Source: an uncultured Clostridia bacterium (GTDB taxonomy: Bacteria; Bacillota; Clostridia; Christensenellales; UBA1242). Taken from it: DNA of 49,615 nt. The notes beneath the pieces are model-generated. The model ran no database searches. It saw only the letters and a list, made by a program, of their open reading frames with translations, and had not been told where the DNA came from. The position numbers were made by a program, and so were the translations under genes. Positions 28,273 to 37,443 of this stretch are shown here, one piece after another. Location: contig CALVWC010000002.1 of NCBI GenBank assembly GCA_944364445.1, positions 1 to 49,615 on the forward strand, in the 5' to 3' direction. Every line of letters begins with the position of its first letter. Positions within the stretch are counted from its first letter, which is position 1.

Positions 28273-30630
28273 ATGATTTTTAAGAAGTTTTTTAATAAGG
28301 AGTCTGCTCTTGTTAAAGAGTATGCAGAAAAGTTTCATGTTTTACCATCAACGATGTATTTGATGTTGTCGCGCGGGCTGACAAGCGAAGAGGAAATTAA
28401 AGAATATCTTTCCACTGGCAAGTTAATCAACCCTTTCCTCATTAAAGGAATGAAAGAATTTTGTGAGCGGATTGATTTAGCCAAAAAAGTGGGCGACAGA
28501 ATTTTGGTTTTTGGCGACTATGATGTTGATGGTATAAGTGCCACAGCAATAATGCTTAAAACGCTGAAAAGGCTGGGAATTGACGCTGATTTTTACCTTC
28601 CAAATCGTTATGAGGACGGTTATGGTTTATCATGCGCGGTGATTGATAAGATTGAAAAAAAGTTTTATCCTGACCTAATCATCACAGTGGACTGCGGAAT
28701 TTCTTGCTGGCAAGAGGTGGAATATGCAAAGGAAAAAGGGATTGAAATCATCGTCACCGACCATCATGAAATCCCAGAAAAACTGCCAGACACACTTGTT
28801 TTGAATGCGAAAATTACTGACCAAGAATATCCATTTCGCGAACTTTGCGGAACAGGACTTGCCTACAAAATCAGCGAGGCGCTTTTAGGGCAGAAAAAGG
28901 CAGAGGAGTTTTTGCCGATTGCCTCCATCGCAACGATTGCCGACATTGTTTCGTTGACAGGAGAAAATAGGAACATCGTTAAGCGTGGTTTTGATATGTT
29001 CGACAAACTGCCAATCGGACTTAAACAACTTTTTAAAGAAAACAAAGTTTCGCTTTCTTCTCCTAACGCCACCGACATTGCCTTCAAAATTTCGCCAAAA
29101 ATAAACTCGGCTGGTCGCATGGGAAAGGCAGAGGATAGTTTGGTTTTGTATATGAGCGAAGATATGGTGGAAATTAAAAAACACCTTCAAAAAATTTCCG
29201 CCCATAACCAAAAAAGGCAGGAACTATCTTCTGCTATTATGGAAGATTGCGAAAAAGCAATTAAAAAAATGGACTTATCCAAAACACGCGTCATTGTGCT
29301 TGCCTCGAAAAAATGGGACCAAGGAATTTTGGGTATTGCGTGCGCAAGGCTTGTGGAAGAGTATAATAGACCGGTCTTTCTTTTTTCGCAGACAGGCGAT
29401 GTGCTTCACGGCTCGGGAAGAAGCATAACCGACATTAATATCCACGAACTTCTCTCTTCCATGCAGGATATTTTGGAAACTTTTGGCGGTCACACCATGG
29501 CAGCAGGGCTGACGCTTAAACGCGAAAACTATGAAGATTTTTCAAAGCGCGTCAATGCGTTTGTGTTTGAGCATATTAGTGATAAAGTTTTCATTCCAAT
29601 TAAGTATTACGACCTTGACATCAAACTTGAAGAAATTGATGATAGGTTTTTAAATGAACTTAAACTTTTGGAGCCTTATGGATGTGGAAATCCTAAACCA
29701 AAATTTAGAATAACCGCAGAAAATGTGGAAATTTTGCCAATGAAATATTGTCAGCAACACGCCAACATCAACATTGGAGATTTGCAACTTGTTTACTTTA
29801 ATTTTGCCAAAAAATTTAACCCTCTTTTCTTTTCAAGATATAAATCATTTATCTTTGAATTTCAAGAAAATGGTAAGCGTGGCTCGGTTTCCGATTTTGA
29901 TGCAGGAAGTTTCATCATAGATAATGCACATATCTACACATATCCGGTGCAAATCGAGCAACTTATGTTTGCTTGCCAAGATGATTTAACTTTTTCTTAC
30001 TATCCTCAAAGTGACCTTTTAAACTTTGTTGCTGGCACGCAAAGCACGGTTTACGGCACGGCGTTTGTGACATATTCGGCTTACGATTTTGTTTCTTTTT
30101 CCAAAAATTACTCCAAAGAAAACATCTTCCACATCGGCATTTACGACGAGGAACTTCTTGGTTATAACAGCCTTCTTCTTTCGCCAAGAGGGGTTAATTG
30201 GGCAAAAAATTTTGAGAAAATCATCTTCCTTTCGCCAGTTTTAGACAGTGGCTTTTTAAGTGAGATTAAAAAGGTTTCAAAGGCAGAAATCTACCTTCCA
30301 CTTGAAACTTTTCAAGACAAAAATCGGTTTAACGGCATAAACTTATCTCGCGAAAGTTTTGGTAAGGTTTTTAAAGCACTTGTTGGAAGAAGTGGAAAAA
30401 AATATTATTCTCCAGTTGATTTTTATGAAGATAAATTGAAAGGCAAAGTTTCGTTTGACACATTTTATTCGGCGTATTTAACTTTTTGCCAACTTGGACT
30501 TATAAAAAAAGTGGATGAAACATATTTTAATTTTACTGAAGTTAAAAATATTAAAAGACCGCTGACAAATTCAACGCTATATAACAAATTGTCGCTTATT
30601 AAAAATTCATGGAGTAAAAATGAGAGATAA
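28273..30630 (+). CDS. recJ: single-stranded-DNA-specific exonuclease RecJ
   Basis: DHH motifs (VFGDYDVDGISA, ITVDCG, IIVTDHHE) and DHHA1 (GGHTMAAG). Confidence 0.92.
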   Translation: MIFKKFFNKESALVKEYAEKFHVLPSTMYLMLSRGLTSEEEIKEYLSTGKLINPFLIKGMKEFCERIDLAKKVGDRILVFGDYDVDGISATAIMLKTLKRLGIDADFYLPNRYEDGYGLSCAVIDKIEKKFYPDLIITVDCGISCWQEVEYAKEKGIEIIVTDHHEIPEKLPDTLVLNAKITDQEYPFRELCGTGLAYKISEALLGQKKAEEFLPIASIATIADIVSLTGENRNIVKRGFDMFDKLPIGLKQLFKENKVSLSSPNATDIAFKISPKINSAGRMGKAEDSLVLYMSEDMVEIKKHLQKISAHNQKRQELSSAIMEDCEKAIKKMDLSKTRVIVLASKKWDQGILGIACARLVEEYNRPVFLFSQTGDVLHGSGRSITDINIHELLSSMQDILETFGGHTMAAGLTLKRENYEDFSKRVNAFVFEHISDKVFIPIKYYDLDIKLEEIDDRFLNELKLLEPYGCGNPKPKFRITAENVEILPMKYCQQHANINIGDLQLVYFNFAKKFNPLFFSRYKSFIFEFQENGKRGSVSDFDAGSFIIDNAHIYTYPVQIEQLMFACQDDLTFSYYPQSDLLNFVAGTQSTVYGTAFVTYSAYDFVSFSKNYSKENIFHIGIYDEELLGYNSLLLSPRGVNWAKNFEKIIFLSPVLDSGFLSEIKKVSKAEIYLPLETFQDKNRFNGINLSRESFGKVFKALVGRSGKKYYSPVDFYEDKLKGKVSFDTFYSAYLTFCQLGLIKKVDETYFNFTEVKNIKRPLTNSTLYNKLSLIKNSWSKNER

Positions 30631-32701
30631 GGTTATTGAAAACATAAAAACGCATTTTAAACTTTCAGCACACGAACTTAAACTTGTGAATATTTTTGTG
30701 GTGGAGGAAATCAACCTCGACAGGCTTAATCATGTGGTGGACATCATGGCGGAATATTATATGCAAACCGAGGTTCTCATTGCATATCTGCTTTTTCAGT
30801 TCTATAAAGTTTTGCCAGAAGAGGCGGAATCTTATGAAGAAAAATTGACGATTGCCGAGCGCAAACTTTTTGCCACTTTTAAACAATTAAGAAATGTGCA
30901 CACAATAAGCCGAAGCGGTGAGGCGGAGGATATTAAACGTATGTTTGTGGCAATCTGCCAAGATATGCGTGTTGTTATCATCAAGTTTGCAACGATTGAC
31001 TATGACCTTCAAAGAATAACATTGCCACTTACCGACGAAACAAGAAAATTCGCCAAAATGGTTTCTGATATTTTTGCTCCTCTTGCTGAAAGTTTGGGAC
31101 TTAGTAAGTTTAAGTCGTCTTTTGAGGAAACCACCTTTAAACTTTTAGAACCTAAGGCGTATAACGAACTTAAAAACAACGCGCTTATGAAAGTGGACGA
31201 TAATATGCGTCTTATGGAGTTTGTGGAGAAAAAACTTCAAAAAATTTTGGATGAACTTCAAATCAAAGGCGAAATTCAAAAGCGTCAAAAGCATTTTTAC
31301 AGTGTGTATAAGAAAATCAAAAAGAAAAACATCACTCTTGGCAAGGTGTATGACCTTCTTGCTATGCGTGTTATTGTGCCAAGTGTTGAGGATTGCTACT
31401 CTGTGCTTGGAAAAATTCACGCCATTTATAAGCCTATTCCAGAACGCGTGAAAGATTATATCGCCAATCCTAAACCAAATGGCTATCAAAGTTTGCACAC
31501 CACAATAATTGCCGACAATAATAGACCTTTGGAAATTCAAATTAGAACTTTTGATATGCATAAGCACGCGGAATACGGAATTGCAGCACATTGGATATAT
31601 AAAGAAAGACGCTCATCGAATAAGTTTGATGCCAAGTTTGCTCGCATCAAGCAAATTTTGGATAACTCGAAAGAATTAAGTCCAGAAGAATTCCTTGAAA
31701 CTTTGAAAACCGACCTTTATGGTGAAAGTATCTTTGTTCAAACGCCAAAAGGTAAGGTTTTGGAACTTCCAGTGCATTCCACAGTCATCGATTTTGCCTA
31801 TGCCATTCACACCGAAATTGGAAATAAATGTGTGGGCGGAAAAATCAACGGAAAACTCTATCCAATCACCACCGAGTTAAATAACGGCGACACGGTGGAA
31901 ATTATCACAAACCAAAACAGCAAAGGTCCATCGCGTGATTGGCTTAAACACATTAAAACCTCTTCTGCAAGAAGTAAAATTCGTTCGTTTTTCAAAAGCG
32001 AGTTTAAGGAAGAAAACACCAAGCAAGGAAAACTTATCTTTGAGCAAGCCTTAAAAGCGAAAAATTTAAACATCTCTAAGCAAGATAAGGAAAACTATCT
32101 TAATGAAATTGCCTCCAGCATGATGATGGAGAATATTGATATGTTGTTTGCCGAAATTGGAGGTGGCTCGCTTGCCATAAATTCTCTTATGGGCAGGTTT
32201 ATGAATTTATACTTCAAAGACCGTGCAAAAGAAATTAAGCCAAGCGTGATTGAGGTCAAGAAGAATAAAGACGGCGTTTTGGTGGACGGCGAAAGCGGAC
32301 TTTTAATTCGTTATGCAGGATGTTGCACTCCAGTTATGGGAGATGATATAATAGGATATATCTCTAGAGGACGCGGAGTGACCATACATAGAAAAGAGTG
32401 TCCAAACTTAAAATATCTTGAAAAGGAAAGGCTTATTGGTGCGAAGTGGGAAGATAACATCAACTCCAAATTTGTTGCCACCATTAAAATTGTTGCCGAG
32501 AACGAGCCAAAAGTTGTGGACTATGTTAACAATGTGCTTAGGAATTTGAAAATCACACTTAAAGCCTTTAACTATAAAAAAGTTAAAGAGGAAATTCAGT
32601 TTAATGTTATCTTGGAAGTTAATGGCAAAGAGGAAATTGACAACGCAATTAACATTTTTGAAGGAGTGAAGGGAGTTAAAAAAGTTTATAGGAGTGAATG
32701 A
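30620..32701 (+). CDS. relA: RelA/SpoT-homolog (p)ppGpp synthetase; the N-terminal hydrolase domain appears degenerate
   Basis: Synthetase motifs are intact (YSVYKKI, YDLLAMRVIV, DYIANPKPNGYQSLHTT, EIQIRTFDMH..AEYGIAAHW.YKE), and TGS and ACT-like C-terminal regions are present. HD motifs are not found. Confidence 0.9.
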   Translation: MRDKVIENIKTHFKLSAHELKLVNIFVVEEINLDRLNHVVDIMAEYYMQTEVLIAYLLFQFYKVLPEEAESYEEKLTIAERKLFATFKQLRNVHTISRSGEAEDIKRMFVAICQDMRVVIIKFATIDYDLQRITLPLTDETRKFAKMVSDIFAPLAESLGLSKFKSSFEETTFKLLEPKAYNELKNNALMKVDDNMRLMEFVEKKLQKILDELQIKGEIQKRQKHFYSVYKKIKKKNITLGKVYDLLAMRVIVPSVEDCYSVLGKIHAIYKPIPERVKDYIANPKPNGYQSLHTTIIADNNRPLEIQIRTFDMHKHAEYGIAAHWIYKERRSSNKFDAKFARIKQILDNSKELSPEEFLETLKTDLYGESIFVQTPKGKVLELPVHSTVIDFAYAIHTEIGNKCVGGKINGKLYPITTELNNGDTVEIITNQNSKGPSRDWLKHIKTSSARSKIRSFFKSEFKEENTKQGKLIFEQALKAKNLNISKQDKENYLNEIASSMMMENIDMLFAEIGGGSLAINSLMGRFMNLYFKDRAKEIKPSVIEVKKNKDGVLVDGESGLLIRYAGCCTPVMGDDIIGYISRGRGVTIHRKECPNLKYLEKERLIGAKWEDNINSKFVATIKIVAENEPKVVDYVNNVLRNLKITLKAFNYKKVKEEIQFNVILEVNGKEEIDNAINIFEGVKGVKKVYRSE

Positions 32702-34107
32702 TGAAAATTGTTTGTGAAAGCTATGAATATGAAAAGGATATGCAAGACCTTGTCAACCTCTTTTATCCTGAGGGTGTGCCTTTCTCTATTCATCATAAAG
32801 ACAGCACTTTGGGTTCAACCATAACAAGCACAATTGTAGTTAACGACGGATTGAACGAAAAAGAATATGTTAAATTTTTCACTCTTCCAAAAGGCTTAAC
32901 TCCTCTTCGCGAAAAAAGTTTTAAAAAAGGCGCTTTTAAAAATCATCTCTATCAAGTTTTAAGTGCAATCGCAAAGAAAACTTTACCTTGGGGGTCACTC
33001 ACTGGAATTAGACCTTGCAAGATGATGCGTGAAATGGTGGAACGCGGAGAAATTAAAGAGCATATTGTGCCAGAAGTTTTGATGAAAGAATTTTTTGTGG
33101 ATGAAAAGAAAGCAAAACTTGTGTTTGAAATCATGAAAAACCAAAAGTGCATAATTAAAAACGATAAACTTGTGGACCTATTCATAAACATTCCAATCTG
33201 CCCAACAAGATGCAACTATTGCTCGTTCATTTCAAACGAATTATGCTCGGTGGCGGACAAGGTGGACCTATATCTTGACTGCCTTTTAAAAGAACTTAGA
33301 GCGGTTAAAGAACTTATCGCAGAAAAATCGTATATTATAAGAACAATCTACATCGGCGGAGGCACACCAACAGTTTTAACAGTTAGGCAACTTGAAAAAC
33401 TTCTTGCTGAAATCAATTATCCTGTTTCCGAATTTACGGTGGAGTGCGGTCGTGCGGACACGATAACGCGAGAAAAATTGGAGATATTGAAAAAGTATAA
33501 TGTCAACAGAATTTCCATAAATCCTCAAACCTTTTGTGAAAGCACTTTAAAGCGTATTGGCAGAAAACAAACAAATAAGCAGATTTTTGACGCGTATATG
33601 CTTGCAATGGAATATGATTTCATTGTTAATATGGATATAATTGCCGGGCTTCCGGGCGAGAAACTTGGAATTTTTAAGCGTTCCATAAACACTCTTTTGG
33701 AACTATCTCCACAAAACATCACAGTGCACACATTGTCGATTAAAAATGGTGCCTTACTTAAAGAAGATACCTCACAAATTTTTGGTAGGGATGTTCCTAA
33801 AATGGTGGATTATGCCGAAGAAGTTTTGCAAGAAAATGGATATAAACCATATTATATCTATCGTCAAAAACATCAGATTGGTGGCTTAGAGAATGTCGGC
33901 TATTTTCGAGATGGTCATGTTTGCATCTTTAACATCGACAGCATGGAAGATGTTTCTTCTGTTATTGGCGTGGGAGCAGGTGCAATTTCCAAAAGGGTGT
34001 TTAACCTTGAAAATCGCTTGGAGCGTGAACCAAATTGCAAGTTTATAAACGACTATATTGCTAGAATTGACGAAATGGTGGCAAAAAAGATAAAATTTTT
34101 CTCATAA
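32698..34107 (+). CDS. radical SAM protein, HemN/HemZ (oxygen-independent coproporphyrinogen oxidase-like) family
   Basis: CPTRCNYCSF radical SAM cluster motif, IYIGGGTP. About 470 aa. ATGA overlap with the rel stop. Confidence 0.8.
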   Translation: MMKIVCESYEYEKDMQDLVNLFYPEGVPFSIHHKDSTLGSTITSTIVVNDGLNEKEYVKFFTLPKGLTPLREKSFKKGAFKNHLYQVLSAIAKKTLPWGSLTGIRPCKMMREMVERGEIKEHIVPEVLMKEFFVDEKKAKLVFEIMKNQKCIIKNDKLVDLFINIPICPTRCNYCSFISNELCSVADKVDLYLDCLLKELRAVKELIAEKSYIIRTIYIGGGTPTVLTVRQLEKLLAEINYPVSEFTVECGRADTITREKLEILKKYNVNRISINPQTFCESTLKRIGRKQTNKQIFDAYMLAMEYDFIVNMDIIAGLPGEKLGIFKRSINTLLELSPQNITVHTLSIKNGALLKEDTSQIFGRDVPKMVDYAEEVLQENGYKPYYIYRQKHQIGGLENVGYFRDGHVCIFNIDSMEDVSSVIGVGAGAISKRVFNLENRLEREPNCKFINDYIARIDEMVAKKIKFFS

Positions 34108-34254
34108 ACAAAGAAAATTTGTTAAAAATTCTTTACAAATTAAAAAAGATATGCTAAAATGAAAAAGTCGATTTTATGCATCACACAGTTTTGTGGAGTC
34201 CTTCGACCCTTGGCTTTGTGAGTGCAAGAAAATTAATTTTTAATGGAGGGAAAT

Positions 34255-34524
34255 ATGGATAAGCAAGTTAAAGGCGAAATTATTGCAAAGTTTAAGCAAT
34301 CGGAAAACGACACTGGTTCTGTTCAAGTTCAAGTTGCACTTTTAACTGAAAGAATCAATCACTTGACCGAGCATCTTAAAAATAACCCTAAAGACAACCA
34401 TTCAAGACGCGGACTTCTTCAAATGGTTGGTAAAAGAAAGGGGTTTTTGCAATACTTGAAAGACAGAGATATTGAAGCGTATAGACAACTTATCAAAGCG
34501 TTAAATATCAGAGAAATTAAATAA
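34255..34524 (+). CDS. rpsO: 30S ribosomal protein S15
   Basis: ...[39 protein letters not shown]...L.YL. ATG at 34255 follows GGAGGG. Confidence 0.95.
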   Translation: MDKQVKGEIIAKFKQSENDTGSVQVQVALLTERINHLTEHLKNNPKDNHSRRGLLQMVGKRKGFLQYLKDRDIEAYRQLIKALNIREIK

Positions 34525-34586
34525 TTTTTAAGGGGAGGATAATGTTTTTTTCTTCCCTTTTTTCAATGTTCTATTAGGAGTTTAGC

Positions 34587-36689
34587 ATGAAAACAGAGTT
34601 ATCAAAAAAATATAAAATTGAAATCGCAGGCAAGGAAGTGACCTTTGAAACAGGCGCACTTTGTATGCAAGCAAACGGCTCTTGTCTTGTTTCTTGTGGC
34701 GAAACAGTTATCATGGTTAATGTCACAATGAGCGACGAGCCAAAACCTGGCATAGACTTTTTCCCACTTTCTGTGGAATATCAAGAAAAGATGTATTCAG
34801 TTGGTAAAATTCCGGGAGGATTTAAAAAGAGAGAGGGCAGACCTTCCGATAAGGCAATCTTGGTTTCTCGTCTTATCGACCGTCCGCTTCGTCCGCTTTT
34901 CCCAAAGGGATTTTTCAATGATGTTGTTGTGGTGGCAACCGCTCTTTCCATTGATCCAGATGTTTCTCCAGAACCACTTGCAATGCTTGGGTCATCGTTT
35001 GCTCTCTCCATTTCCGACATACCTTTTCAAGGACCAACAGGCTCAGTTTTGGTGGGACTTGTTGACGGAAAATTCATCATCAATCCAAATCAGGAAGAGC
35101 GTGAAAAAAGCGACCTTCACTTAACCGTTTCTGGCACAGAGGAAGCTGTTTTAATGGTGGAAGCAGGAGCAAATGAAGTTCCTGAAAGCGAAGTTTTGGA
35201 AGGCATCATGCTTGCTCACGAAGAAATCAAGAAAATTTGCAAATTCATTAAGAAAGTTAAAGAGGAAATTGGAAAGGAAGTCAATCCAAAAATTTCCTAT
35301 TATGTTGTTCCTGAAGAAATTGAAAATGAAGTTAGAAAGTATGCCGACACTATGCTTGACGAGGCACTTGACACTTTCGACCGTCATGTTCGCCAAGCAA
35401 GGCAAGACGAGGTTGACGCAAAGGTTAAAGAGCATTTTGCCGAAATTTTCCCAGAGAAAGAAAGAGAAATTGGCGATGTTCTATACAAGATGACAAAAGA
35501 AAAAGTGCGCAACAAAATTTTAACCAAAGGTATCCGTCCAGACGGAAGAACTTTGGAGCAAATTCGCCCTATTTGGTGCGAAGTTGGCGTTTTGCCAAGA
35601 GTTCATGGAAGTGCTGTTTTCACGCGTGGCGAAACACAGGTGCTCTCTGCTTTAACACTTGGCACAGTTAGCGATGTGCAACAACTCGACGGCTTGGATG
35701 ACGAAGAAGTTAACCGCTATGTTCATCACTACAATATGCCACCATACGCAACAGGCGAAGCGAAGATGATTAAGGGAACAGGAAGAAGAGAAATTGGGCA
35801 TGGCGCTCTTGCAGAACGCGCATTAGAGCCAGTTGTTCCAAAAGAAGATGTTTTCCCATATGCTCTTAGAATTGTTTCTGAAGTTTTGTCGTCTAACGGC
35901 TCATCCTCAATGGCAAGCGTTTGTGGCTCCACTTTGGCACTTATGGACGGCGGTGTGCCAATCTCTGCTCCAGTTGCTGGAATTGCTATGGGACTTATTA
36001 AAGATGAGAAATCTCACAAGGTGGCAGTGCTTTCTGACATTCAAGGCTTAGAGGATTTTTTAGGCGATATGGACTTTAAGGTGACAGGCACAAGCAAAGG
36101 TGTCACAGCAATTCAAATGGATATTAAAATTAAAGGTATCGACAAGGCGATTTTAACCGAAGCACTAGAACGCGCAAAAATCGGAAGAATGTTCATTATG
36201 AACAAACTTCTTGAATGCATCAGCGAGCCAAGAAAGGAGATTTCTCAATATGCTCCTAAGATTATCACCTTTGAAATTGACCCTGAAAAAATTAAGGATG
36301 TCATCGGCTCTGGCGGAAAAACAATCAACAAAATCATTGCTGAAACTGGCGTGAAGATTGATATTGAAGACGACGGAAGCGTGTTCATTGCATCTGTAGA
36401 TTCCGCTATGAACGAAAAGGCAAAGAAAATCATCCTATCCATTGTGGAAGATGTAGAAGTTGGCGATGTTTACGACGGCAAGGTGGCAAGAATAACTTCG
36501 TTCGGCGCTTTTGTTGACCTTGGCGGTGGAAAAGAAGGGATGATTCATATTTCCAAACTTTCCAAAAAACGCGTAAACAAAGTGGAAGATGTTGTGAAAG
36601 TTGGCGACAGCGTGGAAGTTGAAGTTATCAAGATTGACGAGAAAGGCAGAATTGACCTTAAACGCCTTGAAAAAGAAGAGAAGAACTAA
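34587..36689 (+). CDS. pnp: polyribonucleotide nucleotidyltransferase (PNPase)
   Basis: Two RNase PH domains, KH (GSGGKTINKI) and S1 (G.V..I..FGAFV.L) domains. rpsO-pnp synteny. Confidence 0.97.
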   Translation: MKTELSKKYKIEIAGKEVTFETGALCMQANGSCLVSCGETVIMVNVTMSDEPKPGIDFFPLSVEYQEKMYSVGKIPGGFKKREGRPSDKAILVSRLIDRPLRPLFPKGFFNDVVVVATALSIDPDVSPEPLAMLGSSFALSISDIPFQGPTGSVLVGLVDGKFIINPNQEEREKSDLHLTVSGTEEAVLMVEAGANEVPESEVLEGIMLAHEEIKKICKFIKKVKEEIGKEVNPKISYYVVPEEIENEVRKYADTMLDEALDTFDRHVRQARQDEVDAKVKEHFAEIFPEKEREIGDVLYKMTKEKVRNKILTKGIRPDGRTLEQIRPIWCEVGVLPRVHGSAVFTRGETQVLSALTLGTVSDVQQLDGLDDEEVNRYVHHYNMPPYATGEAKMIKGTGRREIGHGALAERALEPVVPKEDVFPYALRIVSEVLSSNGSSSMASVCGSTLALMDGGVPISAPVAGIAMGLIKDEKSHKVAVLSDIQGLEDFLGDMDFKVTGTSKGVTAIQMDIKIKGIDKAILTEALERAKIGRMFIMNKLLECISEPRKEISQYAPKIITFEIDPEKIKDVIGSGGKTINKIIAETGVKIDIEDDGSVFIASVDSAMNEKAKKIILSIVEDVEVGDVYDGKVARITSFGAFVDLGGGKEGMIHISKLSKKRVNKVEDVVKVGDSVEVEVIKIDEKGRIDLKRLEKEEKN

Positions 36690-36716
36690 AGAGATTTGTA
36701 ATAAATCTCTTTTTTA
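36688..36716 (+). terminator. Rho-independent terminator after pnp
   Basis: AAAGAGATTT-GTAAT-AAATCTCTTT followed by TTTT. Confidence 0.8.
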
Positions 36717-36824
36717 TTTGCCAATTTGTTTTGAGTTTAGCATACCAATATTAATTTATAAAAGATTTTTATATCAGCAGATTAAGCTTTTGAAAATAAA
36801 AATTCAGTATTGTCTACTGAATTT

Positions 36825-37160
36825 TTATTTTTTCTTCCAACCACAGTTTGAGCATTGTTCTTCGTCTTCCCATATAGGAAAGCCACATTTTTTGCAAAGG
36901 ATATATTTACCATTATTTACCTGTTCTTCCGGCAAATCTTCAACTTGTTCTATAATTTGTTCATTATCTTTTTTTATTATTTTCTTTTTGGAAATATCAG
37001 GAAGTCCAGCACTATAAATCAAGCCGATTATTCCAAACAAAAAACCAATCCAAAAGCCACCATTATAACCTTTTTTATGTTGCAAATCCATACTCAAAAA
37101 GCCGGATATGATCCAAAAAATTATTGCAAAAATAATTGCGATTATTGTTCCTATGTCCAT
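36825..37160 (-). CDS. small membrane protein with C-terminal zinc-ribbon (CxxC...CxxC)
   Basis: Two TM helices, then CKKCGFPIWEDEEQCSNCGW. The 17-bp hairpin at 36794-36832 covers its stop codon. Confidence 0.55.
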   Translation of the reverse strand: MDIGTIIAIIFAIIFWIISGFLSMDLQHKKGYNGGFWIGFLFGIIGLIYSAGLPDISKKKIIKKDNEQIIEQVEDLPEEQVNNGKYILCKKCGFPIWEDEEQCSNCGWKKK

Positions 37161-37203
37161 GGCTCACCTTAATTTTGCTCAAAAGTTCTTACGCTAGTTG
37201 TTT

Positions 37204-37250
37204 TGGTGGACTGCCAGGGGCTCGAACCCTGTACCCATTGATTAAGAGTC
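37204..37250 (-). pseudogene. orphan 3' portion of a tRNA-Lys(CUU) gene (positions about 30-76); left att-type repeat of the island
   Basis: The reverse complement reads GACTCTTAATCAATGGGTACAGGGTTCGAGCCCCTGGCAGTCCACCA. It matches the intact tRNA-Lys at 45477..45552 over the T arm (20 nt identical) and the anticodon loop (11 nt identical). Confidence 0.8.
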
Positions 37251-37443
37251 AGAAAAGCAAAGTAATTTAATTATTATAGAATGCTATGTATTACCGCTAA
37301 ATGTCGTTTAATTTAGCGGTTTTAAGAGATTTAGCACAGGTGTTATTCAGTTTTCAAAGTTCAAAGATACTAATTGATATCTTGTTGTATCATTTAGTGT
37401 TTTTTATCACAATTTTATCAAAACATAGAATGAAAGCATAGAA

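Noticed and set aside
36601-37172. The + strand ORFs 36601..37017 and 36855..37172
   Set aside because: They span the pnp terminator and run antisense to the better-supported minus-strand membrane/zinc-ribbon gene 36825..37160.
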